NCBI RefSeq assembly: GCF_006345805.1
Contig: NC_042998.1
Location: 18,724,001 to 18,788,000 of the forward strand
Length of the DNA stretch: 64,000 nt
Origin: Octopus sinensis
Lineage: Eukaryota
Direction of reading: 5' to 3'
Below the pieces are notes generated by a model, which worked only from the letters and a program-made list of their open reading frames with translations, was not told where the DNA came from and ran no database searches. The position numbers and the translations under genes are program-made. Shown here piece by piece: positions 25,562 to 38,985 of the stretch. Position 1 is the stretch's first letter, and each line of letters begins with the position of its first letter.

Positions 25562-25733
25562 CGTAAAATACCTTAGGAATGAGAACCCAGGTTCGAAATT
25601 TCCTCAAGACACCTGATCGAGGCTGGAGATTATATCAGCCGAAACGTCGTGTTAACATCAAACACGATGAGGACAAATATCCGTAAAATGTAAATAATGT
25701 ACTTAATTCCTCATCTCTGAAACACAGAACGGT
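25408..25733 (+). mobile_element. SINE family D (tRNA-Ser-like head, (AAT)n(AAC)n spacer, hammerhead-like motif)
   Basis: Acceptor stem ggttgca/tgtgacc (25408-25486), A-box-like tgtcgtagtcg, B box gagttcgattcc. Second copy at 12806. Confidence 0.8.
25608..25653 (+). ncRNA. minimal type-I hammerhead ribozyme-like motif
   Basis: gacac CTGATCGA ggctg-gagattatat-cagcc GAAAC GTC gtgtt: stem I gacac/gtgtt, 5-bp stem II, loopless stem III. The core has one extra nt relative to CUGANGA. Confidence 0.6.
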
Positions 25734-25862
25734 AAAGCATTCTAATCATATTGGCACAAATATTCCCTCGCTTTATTCAACCGCTTAACACAATAAATTT
25801 ACTTTTGACATGCACCTAGATCAATTCGCACGCACATTCACATAGATTCATATACACACACA

Positions 25863-25925
<63 letters not shown>

Positions 25926-26009
25926 ATCTCTATATTTATCTCTCTATCTATCTATCGATCCATTCTATCTATCTCTCTCTGTCTCTCTCTCTGTCTGTAT
26001 GTATGTATG

Positions 26010-26045
<36 letters not shown>

Positions 26046-26060
26046 AATATATATATATTA

Positions 26061-26103
<43 letters not shown>

Positions 26104-26830
26104 AGTATATGAGTATGTATATATATATACATATATGTTTATTATGTATACACTTTCTACATTAGATATTATATTTTATATACTTACATTTATTTATTAT
26201 ATATACACATATATTCATATTTACTTACAAATATATAGGTGTGTGTGCGTAGGTGTGTATGGAAGGAGAGAAAGAGAGTAACAAAACAGATAATTGAAAA
26301 GAGAAAATGAAAGAAGAGGGCGAATTGGAAAAAAACCTAAAAACAATGTATGAAGGAAATAAAGAAACGAGCATCAAAAATACGATATCCGATAATAAGA
26401 TCAGTGGATGAGCATCTAAAAATGTTACAAGATATAATGCTCCGAGATAGACACCAAAACAAATAAGAAGGATCCATTAATAGAAGATACGAGTTGAGGA
26501 ATAAAGAACTTGTAAAGAAAATTGGAGGAAGAATGAAGAAACAGATTATGTTGCGTTTGCTTTTTAATATAATTATAGCAGATTTAATAAACAAGCAAAT
26601 AACAAGCAAACAGAAACAAAGCGAGGAACGATGATAATATCCAAAACAAGAAGAGATATATAAAGAAAACCTATGATAACCAAAGATAAAATTGTTGACA
26701 TTAAAACAAAAGGCTAATTATACAAAAGATAGAAAAAGGAAAAGAAATCGATACATAACATAGGCAAATTTATATGTATCAAACGTATATATATTATATT
26801 ATATGTTATATGTATATGTATATATATATA

Positions 26831-26883
<53 letters not shown>

Positions 26884-26951
26884 ATATATACCATAGCTTT
26901 TGATATACATATATATACATACATTTTGATATATATATATAAATATATATC

Positions 26952-27001
<50 letters not shown>

Positions 27002-27048
27002 ATATATGTATATATATATATGTATATATATAATGTATATATATATTG

Positions 27049-27079
<31 letters not shown>

Positions 27080-28830
27080 CAGGGGCTCAAATTAATATTT
27101 TCTATATACATCTAAAGTACAGATGAAGTAGTTTTTCTTTAAAATAGTCTTGTTAGGGGAGCTGAGCAAAATCACTGGGGCGTTCTGTAAAATTTTACAG
27201 CACGTTTTGACTAAGGGTTCTCTCTACTTCTTTCTTGTTCTAGAAGGGCAAAAATTTATTATAAAAATTTGAACTCTTGTTTTTTTCGTCGACTGACCTG
27301 GATTCAACTGAAAAAAATCTGTTTGTGTCACAGAAATTGTTGTCAGAGGTAAGCGTACCTTCTGATTGATTGATAAATGAAGTGATACGTTTTCTGACCT
27401 ACCGACCATGCAGCGAAAAGAATTTTATGTTTCGGTACCAATTATGTACCACCACTCATTAAACTGATACAAATAAGTGGTACTTTATTTGTACCACCCA
27501 GCTTGAAAGAGTTAACCAGTTGCAAACGATCGTAATTTGTAAATATATTTATGTGTTTCGCGTATTTTCATTATTCTTGTCTTATTTTGAACCTGAATAA
27601 GACAGATGCACTGTTAAAATATTGTTCATTGAACAAAGTCAGTCTGTGTTTTTCATTACAGATCTTGCTTTTCAAGTCGCCTGACAACAAATACGCGTCT
27701 TTAATAATGTATAAAGGCAACGAAAGTATTTAATCGTAAAATCTCTATTGAAAGCATTATCGCCATTTCTAAGAACCAACAGGACGGAAGACCTGACCTC
27801 AGCATTTTCTGAAGAAGTTTTCTGAATTTAACTTATAATATGAATAATTTAGAGAGAGAAGAAAGATAAAATAAACAATATAAAGCCTTTCAGATTTTCA
27901 ATTGTATAAACATTTTTCTTTCAAATCTTATAGGGAATTAGATAATTTTGTTTCACCATTGAGCGAAGATATATATTTGTTTGGAGGGAATTGAGCTAAA
28001 ATGAATTATGGCGATAAGAGATAAAATGTTCTAAATTTTAACAATGCCTCGTTGAATAATGTTCTTTTTATCGCTGAAGACGATATCGCTTTTGATTTAA
28101 GAGTTTTTTTTTTGTTTTCTATTTAATGTACGTTGTTATTTTTATTGCTTCTAGAATTCATTGATTCTTTTTCACAATTCTATCTATTTAGTTAACATAG
28201 TGTAACATCTAATGCATTTTCGTATTCAATTTCTTTTATATTTTATTTTGACGAAAATATTTATGCTGCTGCCCACAACTAATATAGTTTGTATTATTAA
28301 ATTTTTGCTCTTTTATTCTGTATTTGTGTTGAATCAATTATCACGAAAATATTTATGCACAGCAATTTGCAAATGACTTCGGTGTAGAAAAATAATATGA
28401 TTTATTTGTGCGGATAAAATTTATGCATCTAGAAGTAATGTTTATTATGATAATTTTTTTTCAGTTCATTTGTTCGTTCTTTATTGTTTTACTCTCATTT
28501 TAGGGTTTACATGTTAATATAGCTGGCAAAATGATATTGACTGATTTATAGAGACCTGGAATCGATTGTGTCACGTGTATAATTCCATTACACTTTATCA
28601 TGTTCAAATTCTCTAAAATCAAAATTTAAAGCATCAGATTTTCCTGGTAAAATCTAAAACTATGCAAAGTCTTTTCAGACAACTATATGGATTTACACTA
28701 TGTCTCATCACTGAAATGAAGATACGTGGATTTATCTTTACAATTTTCTGGTAAATTGATACTACTATTTATGAGATATTTTCAGACAATGATTGTTACA
28801 TGACGAAGAATTTTCTTTTCTTTTATCTAG

Positions 28831-28944
28831 GACTTGGTGTTATTGAAAAGACCAGTGCCTGAGGAGTGGCATGTTGGATGAAATTTAGTATATCATCAGT
28901 CAGGATAGAAAACAACCAGCCACCATCAGGATCCGGTCTTGAAA
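28831..28944 (+). other. candidate host-gene exon (5'UTR plus possible start ATG at 28878: MKFSISSVRIENNQPPSGSGLE, phase 1)
   Basis: Acceptor ttttcttttcttttatctag| and donor |gtaaga bound a GC-richer block in repeat-free DNA. All three through-frames contain stops. Confidence 0.4.
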
Positions 28945-29284
28945 GTAAGAATAGATCGATAGATGAATTTAGCTAAGGGCTCTACTTTTCAGTACTTTTA
29001 CGAATTCGATTGAAATTTCTATCCAGCATAAGCGGGTAATAGACGTCTGTCATATATTGTTATACTGCAATTATATATTACATCTATTTAGATATTTGAG
29101 ATCTAAGAGATATAAGTAAAACTGGATTTTAACCCTTTGTCTCTCGTTGGTATCACATATGAACACAAGACATAATTTCCTGGAGTGCTTGCATCATGTA
29201 TGATACACATTCTCAATTGATTTCGAGTGACATAGGCTTTATGTAAAGAATGCTTTATATTACTAAAAGCGTATGAAAACAAGG

Positions 29285-29508
29285 CTCACAGCATTCACAC
29301 CGGCCATATCTGGCCAAAATATTTAACCTGTTTTATATTGAAATTGACCAGATCTCGCCTCTCACCTCAGCCCTACCATGTCATTCTAAAACTAAAAAAC
29401 CACATTACTGAAATCTATAAACTACAAGATAATGCATGATTAATTCAAACCATTTTAAATACACAAACATCACATTTGACGGAATAATCTGAACACTTAA
29501 AGGGTTAA
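29285..29508. mobile_element. piggyBac-like MITE (right end AAAGGG-TTAA; left end eroded)
   Basis: Ends cacttaaagggttaa; the body ccggccatatc...aatgcatgattaattcaaa resembles a common Octopus MITE. Confidence 0.5.
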
Positions 29509-29940
29509 AGTATGACAACAAACGGTAACGTTTAGGACAAGCTTATGAAAATGCTTTAATCCTGCGAAGGATTAAGAAATTTGTGGTATGTACAAAGTCG
29601 TGTTTCATTTTTGGAAACGAACAGCTGTGTTGGTTCGTAAGCAGCAATATTATGAACCAGAGAAATGTGAACAGACACACATAGATATAACGACTCTTCA
29701 ATAAGCATAATAGAGTTGCAGTTACTCCAAAACCTGCTTCTGGTGTGTTCTTCAGGGAGATAATCAGCAGTTGTACATGTAATGGAGGGTTTGTAAAGAT
29801 CATGGATACCATCTCTTCTCGGAGATTAAATTATAAAAATTGCCGGTATGCAAAATGCTTGATATATATTTATAGTAATCCCTTGTTAGTAATTTGATTT
29901 CACTTACTTGTTTATCTATCATTCTCTGACGAACTCAATA

Positions 29941-30352
29941 CCTATTTCTTTACTACCCACAAGGGGTCAAACACAGAGAGGACAAACAAGGACAGACACA
30001 CGGATTAAGTCGATTATATCGCCCCCAGTGCGTAACTGGTACTTATTTAATCGACCCCGAAAGGATGAAAGGCAAAGTCAACCTCGGCAGAATTTGAACT
30101 CAGAACGTAACGGCATACGAAATACCTATTTCTTTATTACCCACAAGGAGCTAAACACAGAGAGGACAAACAAGGACAGACACACGGATTAAGTCGATTA
30201 TATCGACCCCAGTGCGTAACTGGTACTTATTTAATTAACCCCGAAAGGATGAAAGGCAAAGTCGACCTCGGCGGAATTTGAACTCAGAACGTAACGGCAG
30301 AGGAAATACGGCTACGCATTTCGCCCGGCGTGCTAACGTTTCTGCCAGCTCG
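29941..30352 (-). mobile_element. SINE family B dimer
   Basis: Two bodies joined at cgaaatacctatttc (~30120); one head. Confidence 0.9.
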
Positions 30353-30475
30353 CGTGGAGAAAGACAGGCTCCAGCATTGATAGTTGTGAATAGTAATGTT
30401 ATGAGTTGCAGAATTAGGCTGTGTGCATTGAAACTGTGTTTCAGTTTATGATGTTTATGATGTGTGTGTGTATGC

Positions 30476-30519
<44 letters not shown>

Positions 30520-30902
30520 ATGTATGTGTTTGTGTATTTTTATATATATACTGTGTATGGATACGTCAAAAAAGCGTATTCTAGACACACACTTAATGCT
30601 AAGACAGGATTTTTATCTACGTGTCTAGGAAACATCATGAATTAATTCGTATCCTCTTCTTTATCTATGACATCGGATTATGAACTTCCAGGCTCTATAC
30701 CTGCTTATGTACAAAAACCTTTTTTATGAGCTATTATTTTCCTAGTTTTCTTTGTTTTATGCTTTATATATCTATATATATATTATATATATATATATAT
30801 ATATTATGTGTGTGTGTTGTGTGTGTGTGTGTGTATATGTATATTAATATATATATATATATGTGTGTGTGTGTATATTTGTCTGCGTGTGTGTGTATAT
30901 AT

Positions 30903-30957
<55 letters not shown>

Positions 30958-31140
30958 AAATAAAAATATATGCATACATACAACATATATGTACGTACCT
31001 ACATCTACATGTATATATACATGCATATTAATATATACGTGAGTACAGGACACCACAATAAGACGTAGAAACGGAAAAATAAAAAAACAAAAAACAAGAA
31101 AACGAAAAAAAACAGTTTATATAATACATATATACATGTG

Positions 31141-31172
<32 letters not shown>

Positions 31173-31532
31173 TGTATGTATGTATGTATGTATGTATGTA
31201 TGTATGTATGTGTGTATGTATATGTATTACTAGTTTCAATGTAACTATTATAGATGATCCGAAATCATCATCAACCGCCAATCTGTATTATGTATTTATA
31301 TAAACTACTCACAAAGGCTGTGGTTTTGCAGAAATGGCAAAATCCCAGATGTAATGCACAGTACTATTTATCTGTATTTCTTTTCCTTTTTTTTTTCGAT
31401 CACCTGATTTTATACAATGTAATACCAATGATTTTGATATTTCATTGCAATTACTCTTCTGCGATTAAAAAATTCTATTCATATACCAGAGTGTCACTTT
31501 TCCCGACTGATACAATGCAAACAAATATTTGT

Positions 31533-31950
31533 CAGGAGTGGCTGTGTGGTAAGTAGCTTGCTAACCAACCACATGGTTCCGGGTTCAGTCCCACTGCGTG
31601 GCATCTTGGGCAAGTGTCTTCTGCTATAGCCTCGGGCCGACCAAAGCTTGTGAGTGGATTTGGTAGACGGAAACTGACAGAAGCCTGTCGTATATATTGT
31701 ATATATATATATATATGCGTGTGTGGTGTATATGTTTGTGTGTCTGTGTTTGTCCCCCTAGCATTGCTTGACAACCGATGCTGGTGTGTTTACGTCCCCG
31801 TCACCTAGCGGTTCGGCAAAAGAGACCGATAGAATAAGTACGGGGCTTACAAAGAATAAGTCACGGGGTCGATTTGCTCGACTAAAGGCGGTGCTCCAGC
31901 ATGGCCGCAGTCAAATGACTGAAACAAGTAAAAGAGTAAAGAGTAAAGAG
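31533..31950 (+). mobile_element. SINE family A
   Basis: Full copy with (agtaaag)n tail. Confidence 0.9.
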
Positions 31951-32188
31951 AGGTAGGGAAAATAGAGGGGTGTAAGAAATTTTGGTTATCCATGCGAAGT
32001 TGTAACTACTTATGCTCTGCGTAAATAGTAGTGGATATTTCGGTGAGATATGTTCACTGAAATGAATAAAAGTCAGGATCTAGAGCCGATCATAGCGGAC
32101 TATAGAGCGAGCCAAAGTTTGAGGTCACTAAAATTTCTCACTGTTGCAGGCAGAAATAATAATTCAGTGTTTGATTATATTTTCTGCG

Positions 32189-32745
32189 AAAGGCGACGAG
32201 CTAGCAGAAACGTTAGCACGCCGGGCAAACTGCGTAGCCCTATTTCGTCTGCCGTTACGTTCTGAGTTCAAATTCCGCCGAGGTCGACTTTGCCTTTCAT
32301 CCTCTCGGGGTCGATTAAAAAAGTACCAGTTACGCACTGGGGTCGATATAATCGACTTAATGCGTGTGTCTGTCCTTGTTTGTCCCCTCTGTGTGCAGCC
32401 CCTTGTGGGTAGTAAAGAAATACGTATTTCGTCTGCGTTCAAATTCCGTCGAGGTCGACTTTGCCTTTCATCCTCTCGGGGTCGATAAATTAAGTACCAG
32501 TTACACACTGGAGTTGATATAATCGACTTAATCCCTTTGTCTCTGCCTGTTTGTCCCCTCTGTGTTTAGCCCCTTGTGGGTAGTAAAGAAATAGGTATTT
32601 CGTCTTTCTTTAGTTCAGATTCTGCCGAGGTCGACTTTACCTTTAAACCTTTCGATAAATTAAGCATCAGTTACGTACTGGGGTTGATCTAATCGACTGG
32701 CCCCCACTCCTCCAAAACTTCGGGCCTTGTGCCTAGAGTAGAAAC
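32189..32745 (+). mobile_element. SINE family B trimer whose last unit has a different 3' tail
   Basis: TSD gattatattttctg at 32173-32186 and 32746-32759. Units 1-2 end ccccttgtgggtagtaaagaaata; unit 3 ends ggccttgtgcctagagtagaaac. Confidence 0.88.
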
Positions 32746-33334
32746 GATTATATTTTCTGGAACGAAATAAGGTATTTGACTGACATCCATCCTCTGGACT
32801 CGATGAAGTCTAAATCGATTACAGCACTCTTTCAAAATATTCCACTAGCAGTCGAAGCAAAAGTTTGTTATTAATAATAATAAAGAAGACGATGTAATGG
32901 CAAAAATTATTGAAATCTGTGCAAAAGTTACTTTATGATATTCCGTTTCTACTCGCTACGTGTTCACTTATATAGCTTCCCTTCGTTTCATGGAACAATT
33001 ACAGTTCCTTTCACAATTCTCTTCCAAGCATGTGACTTTTATAGTGTCTGTATAGTCACAGTCATGGCCATCTGAATTAAACAATCGTTCCGTAATCTGT
33101 GGGTCCTAGTTCGATCCCTTTGATTGTCAAATAGTGTGAGTGCACTTATCTAACGGACTTTTTATGGAAGACAGTTAATGGAGTGTAGATCAAAGAGAAT
33201 GGATTGCATAATACATTTCTTAGTCTAAAAGGAACCTGATACCTTTAGCATAATCCACATTATTCCAAATATTTGATCCAGGTGTCCAGTCTGTAAATAA
33301 TAACCTAACATCTTTCTTCCCTCGCCCAACATTA

Positions 33335-33542
33335 CTCGTTACTCTTTTACTCTTTTACTTGTTTCAGCCATTTGACTGCGGCCATGCTGGAGCACCGCTT
33401 TTAGTCGAGCAAATCGACCCCAGGACTTATTCTTTGTAATCCCAGTACTTATTCTATCGGTCTCTTTTGCCGAACCGCATCGGACAACCAGCATCGGTTG
33501 TCAAGCAATGCTAGAGGTACAAACACAGACACACAAACATAT

Positions 33543-33575
<33 letters not shown>

Positions 33576-33732
33576 CACATATATACGACGGGCTTCTTTC
33601 AGTTTCCGTCTACCAAATCCACTCACAAGGCTTTGGTCGGCCCGAGGCTATAGCAGATGCCACGCAGTAGGACTGAAACCGGAACCATGTGGTTGGTTAG
33701 CAAGCTACTTACCACACAGCCACTCCTGCGCC
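33335..33732 (-). mobile_element. SINE family A (small internal deletions)
   Basis: Reverse-complement copy. Confidence 0.88.
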
Positions 33733-34147
33733 TATTAGTAACAGATTTATTTAAAAAAATCCATATGCGCGCTGTCGTTCTGTCTCTGGCATTATCAGAA
33801 ACAGGAAGGATTCTTTTTATTACGTAATTCTTCCTCTGTTAAGAAAAATGGTTATACTGAATTACTGGTTATATTTGCTATAACATTTATTACTGAAACG
33901 TTTAGCCATTTAAGATATTTGAATGAAAACACATGAAAATTGTTAGACTTGACGTCCAGCTTCAATTGTTTCCTGATATGTGGAGGAAATCTACATATGC
34001 CAAGTCATTGTTATATACACCACGAAGGCTCAAGCTGAGCTGACATGATGAAATATTTATCATGGTTCCAGCAGCCGCACAGAGTGCCCTGTTCTTTAAT
34101 TTAGTCTCCATTAAAGAAGAATAGATATTAGCATACCAAGAAAAGTA

Positions 34148-34497
34148 GATGGAACCTACACTCGCCTCCTTATGAGAGCTCAAAATCTCTCGTGGAAGCG
34201 CCATCCAACCAAAATGCAAATATATGGGAAACTACCACCTGTGTCATCTCTTGTGAAAGGTAGGAGAGTCCAGTTTGCTTGACATTGTTGTAGAAAAAGA
34301 AGTAATTTCTACTCTTCTCCTCTGGAAGCCATCTACTCGCAATACCAGAGGGCGCACACTCTCCTACCCTGATGTAATCTCCAGGGATACAGGCATCCAG
34401 GAACAGGACCTCCGTAATGCTATGATGGACCGTGAAGTCTGGCGTAGCATGGTAAATTCCATTGTCTCGACCACGGTCGAACAATGATGATGATGAG
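34148..34497 (+). mobile_element. 5'-truncated RTE-group (RTE-X-like) LINE 3' end
   Basis: DGTYTRLLMRAQNLSWKRHPT...YGKLPPVS...RRVQFA, then LLLWKP...RGR...YPDVISRDTG...AMMDREVWR, followed by a (TGA)n tail. Confidence 0.8.
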
Positions 34498-34954
34498 TGT
34501 TCGAAATGTCAGTAACCTATCGGCGAAACTGATTTCCTTATCTGATTCAGTTACAAACAGGCAACAAAACATATGATAGAGAAACCTCCTCTCTCATTTA
34601 CTGGCATATGATTAACAATCAATATAAGTTCAACTATATTCACAAAAACTATTGTTTTTTACTTCTTTCATTATACACATAATCTGAAAATGTATGTTTT
34701 GATATATAGTTGCGACTGAGATTGTCTCTAAGATTAATTTTATAGAACATAAAGCGGATAAAATTATACTCAGATCTGGAATGATTTGATTTTCAAATGT
34801 AATTAAATATATTATCTATCTATCTATCTATCTCTTATTCTATCTCTATACTCTATATATACTTATATATGTAAATGTGTGTATATACTCTCTTCCACTA
34901 TCTTAGAATACTCTTTATAATTCATATAAAATATAAAGATACGCACACACACAT

Positions 34955-34999
<45 letters not shown>

Positions 35000-35231
35000 T
35001 AGATACACATACATATATATAGCCATGTATACATGCATGTACATATCTATGTACAATCATTTATTCAAAATGTTGCTTTTGATATATTTTTGTGTGTATA
35101 GGAACGTATGTTATGCTTTACTTATTTAAAATAAGATTCTTTTAGGAGAAATATGTATGTTGTACACATATGTACATATATACATACATATATATATGTA
35201 TTTACATATATATATCTCTTTCTCTTTCTTT

Positions 35232-35637
35232 TCTCTTTTACTTGTTTCAGTCATTTGACTGCGGCCATGCTGGAGCACCGCCTTTAGTCGAGCAACTCGA
35301 CCCCGGACTATTCTTTAAGCCCAGTACTTATTCTATCGGTCTCTTTTGCCGAACCGCTAAGTGACGGGGACGTAACACACCAGCATCGGTTGTCAAGCAA
35401 TACTAGGGGGACAAACACAGACACACAAACACACACACATACATACATACATATACATATATATACATATATACGACAGGCTTCTTTCAGTTTCCGTCTA
35501 CCAAATCCACTCACAAGGCATTGGTCGGGCCGGGGCTATAGTAGAACACACTTGCCCAAGATGCCACTCAGTGGGACTGAACCCGGAACCATGTGGTTGG
35601 CTAGCAAGCTACTTACCACAGAGCCACTCCTGCGCCT
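35232..35637 (-). mobile_element. SINE family A
   Basis: Full reverse-complement copy. Confidence 0.9.
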
Positions 35638-36430
35638 ATATATATATATATAAATATAAAGATATATATAAATATAAAGATATATATATATATACATGCA
35701 CATATACATACATGTTTTACACATACACACGCACATATGTATACATATACACATGCATGCATAGATACATACATACTTACATAAATACATACATACATAC
35801 ATTAGATATTTTAATGCGAGATTATGGAATGAACACGCTTTACTATAAATCACTACATTTGTTTCGGCGCATCAGTATCAGCTGGTAATTGCTTATTGCT
35901 TTATATATGATACCCATTATTTCATTAATATGCTCTAACAGTACATATATTTGCATACCGTAAGTATTAATTTTTTTTTTTTTTTTTAATACCAGGGCCT
36001 GTCAGAGTGTCTCTCAGTTCACACGATATCAAAGTATGATATATGTAATTTATATTGTAGATTTATAACATTTCTGATTTAACTATTTCTTTGTAGACTT
36101 GAACGAAATTAATCGATTTCCGAATCTTACTGGAATCTCATCAGAGGCATCAACCTCAATTTGATCAATTCCATAGAAATAAACAGCCAATTTGTTAATA
36201 TTCTCAACAGTTCCCAAGCGTACCAGATGGTATTGATGTGCCATAACAATTGTCGTGTTTTGTAATAAATGCCTACTCATTCCTTTACCGCGTACTAAAT
36301 TTTGTTTTTGTTTTTGTATACACTCTATAGATTCTAGCACGTTTCCTCATATGTCTCCTGTAAAAAGAAAAGTCCCCCTGTATCCAAGCATCTTGTAGCT
36401 AATGCGCGAAGAGCTGATTTGGAAACCTAA

Positions 36431-36830
36431 GGCGCAGGAGTGGCTGTGTGGTAAGTGGCTTGCTTACCAACCACATGGTCCCGGGTTCAGTCCCACTGCG
36501 TGGCACCTTGGGCAGGTGTCTTCTACTATAGCCTCGGGCCTACCGAAGCCTAGTGAGTGGATTTGGTAGACGGAAACTGAAAGAAGCCCGTCGTATATAT
36601 ATATTTATATATATGTGTGTGCATGTGTGTTTGTGTGTCTGTGTTTGTCCCCCTAGCATTGCTTGACAACCGATGCTGGTGTGTTTATGTCCCCGTCACT
36701 TAGCGGTTCGGCAAAAGTGACCGATAGAATAAGTACTGGGCTTACAAAGAATAAGTCCTGGGGTCGATTTGCTCGACTACAGGCGGTGCTCCAACATGGC
36801 CGCAGTCAAATGACTGAAACAAGTAAAGCG
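36431..36830 (+). mobile_element. SINE family A
   Basis: Full copy starting ggcgcaggagtggctgtgtgg. Confidence 0.9.
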
Positions 36831-36902
36831 AGAGAGAGAGTGTAAGTTTATTACCAAGAAAGTATTACATACATACGCACAGATACATATATGCATACAT
36901 AT

Positions 36903-36933
<31 letters not shown>

Positions 36934-37189
36934 CATAAATACATACATACATACATACATACATACATACATACATACATACATACATACATACATACAT
37001 ACATACATACATACATGCATGCATTTGTAAGGATATTAGTTTTCTCTATTTCGCTTCTTTCTTGTTCCGTTATTTCCATTAAACCTCTTCACGTTCTACC
37101 CACACTTTATTCTCATCTTCTCACTGTTCAGTGTACTTATTTTTAAATAAATAAATAAATATATTTAGATATAAGTGTAGTGTGTCGTA

Positions 37190-37830
37190 AGTAGCTTGGA
37201 ACACTCACCAGATGCCACCTCCCCTACCCGGTCAAAGGGAGAGGTGGATGTGGTCGAGGAGACTTCAGCCTCCTCAACTCAAAAAGGATTAAAAAGGAAG
37301 AAGGCGGGCAAGAATAGTTGCCCGCCGAAAGAACCTAAGGCTTCGAGAGGCGGGGGAGAGTCTCCGGACAAAGCGGAAGGGCTCCACTCTCCCGAAGCCA
37401 GGAAGAAAAGAAAAAAAGAAAGAAGAACGGGTCATCTCAGCAGGGAGATGATATGCCGACTGCATGTCCTGAAGTTGTGCCACCCACGGTGGAAGAAACC
37501 ACCCCCACCCTTAAAGATGATCTATTAATTATATTTTTATACAAGGGCGAGGAGGTGGAAAAATAGTAGAAGAACATAAAGAAACAGTAGATATGCCCTT
37601 CACACGGGATGCCGAATGGCCTCCGCAGATAGCTGTGGAGGTCATAAGGTTTCCCTTGTGGGAAAGGCTTAAAGGATTTGGGGAGGAGTGTCGCATATGG
37701 CCGGGTGGCCCTTACACGACTTACATGTCCTGCATGAGTGAGGTATGGGAAATGGCGAGATATAGGAACTCAAGCGGCATTGAAGATAATGATGAATATA
37801 TTGATGGATATATCGAAGAGTAGGAGGTGA
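37190..37830 (+). mobile_element. unclassified coding-like remnant, possibly retroelement ORF1
   Basis: Purine-rich, K/E/S/P-rich broken ORFs (37196-37528, 37593-37823) with no recognisable domain. Confidence 0.25.
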
Positions 37831-38147
37831 AAAACCCTCGTTACAGAGTTTGAAACCTCACCTTATTGGACTATTTTGTAGTGGTTTATAACCTCAATTT
37901 TGTGTTTTAAGAAAGAAAAAAGAAAATATGTTAAGTAAGAGGTTTTAGTGCCTCCTCCTTCTAAAAGGTTCGAAACCTTATAGTGATTTCTTAAAAAAAA
38001 AAAGAAAATATGTTTTCGAGAAAAATCCAATCGGCGGGTGTTGGGTTTCGTCTCTCATTTATTCATTATAATTCATTTGTTAATGTGTTTGTCCAGCCCG
38101 CAGAGCTCTTTGTACTGTCTATATGACAAATTTATGAAATAAAGTAC

Positions 38148-38503
38148 CTTGCTTACCAACCACATGGTTCCAGGTTAAGTCCAACTGCGTGGACCTTGGC
38201 CAAATGTCTTCTACTATACCAATTTTCCTTGTGAGTGGATTTGGTAGATGGAAACTTGATGGCAACATTGAAGAAGAGAATATATGTTTCTTTATTGTCC
38301 ACAGGGCAATAAAGGGGACAAACAAGGACAGACAAGGGGATTAAATCGTTTCCATCGACCCCAGTGATTAACTGGTACTTATTTAATTGACCCCAAAAGA
38401 TGAAAGGAAAAGTCGACTTCGGCGGAATTCGAACACAGAATGTAACAGTACACGAAATACCACTAGGCATTTAGTCCGGCGTCATTGCCAGCTCGCCAGA
38501 AGA

Positions 38504-38549
<46 letters not shown>

Positions 38550-38985
38550 CTTTATTCTTTAAAATATATATTTCTTTATTCAAATGCCCACAAGGGACTA
38601 AACATAGAGGGGACAAACAAGGACAGACAAACGGATTAGGTCGATTACATCGACCCCAGTGCGTAAGTTGTACTTAATTATCGACCCCAAAAGGATGAAA
38701 GGCAAAGTCCAGCTCGGCAGAAATCGATCTCACAACGTAAAGAAAGACGAAATACCTATTTCTTTAATACCCACAAAGGGCTAAACTAAGAGAGGTACAA
38801 ACAAGGACAAACAAACGGATTAAGTCGATTATATCAACCCCAGCGCGTGACTGGTACTTATTTAATCGACCCCGAAAGGATGAAAGGCAAAGTCGACCTC
38901 GACGGAATTTGAACTCAGAACGTAGCGGCAGACGAAATACCACTAAGCATTTCGCCCGGCTTGCTAACGATTCTGCCAAGTCGCC
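38148..38985. mobile_element. SINE cluster: A 5' fragment (+, 38148-38260), B monomer (-, 38286-38497), B dimer (-, 38570-38985)
   Basis: Family matches; aga(a/g)agaatatat recurs at the three boundaries. Confidence 0.85.
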
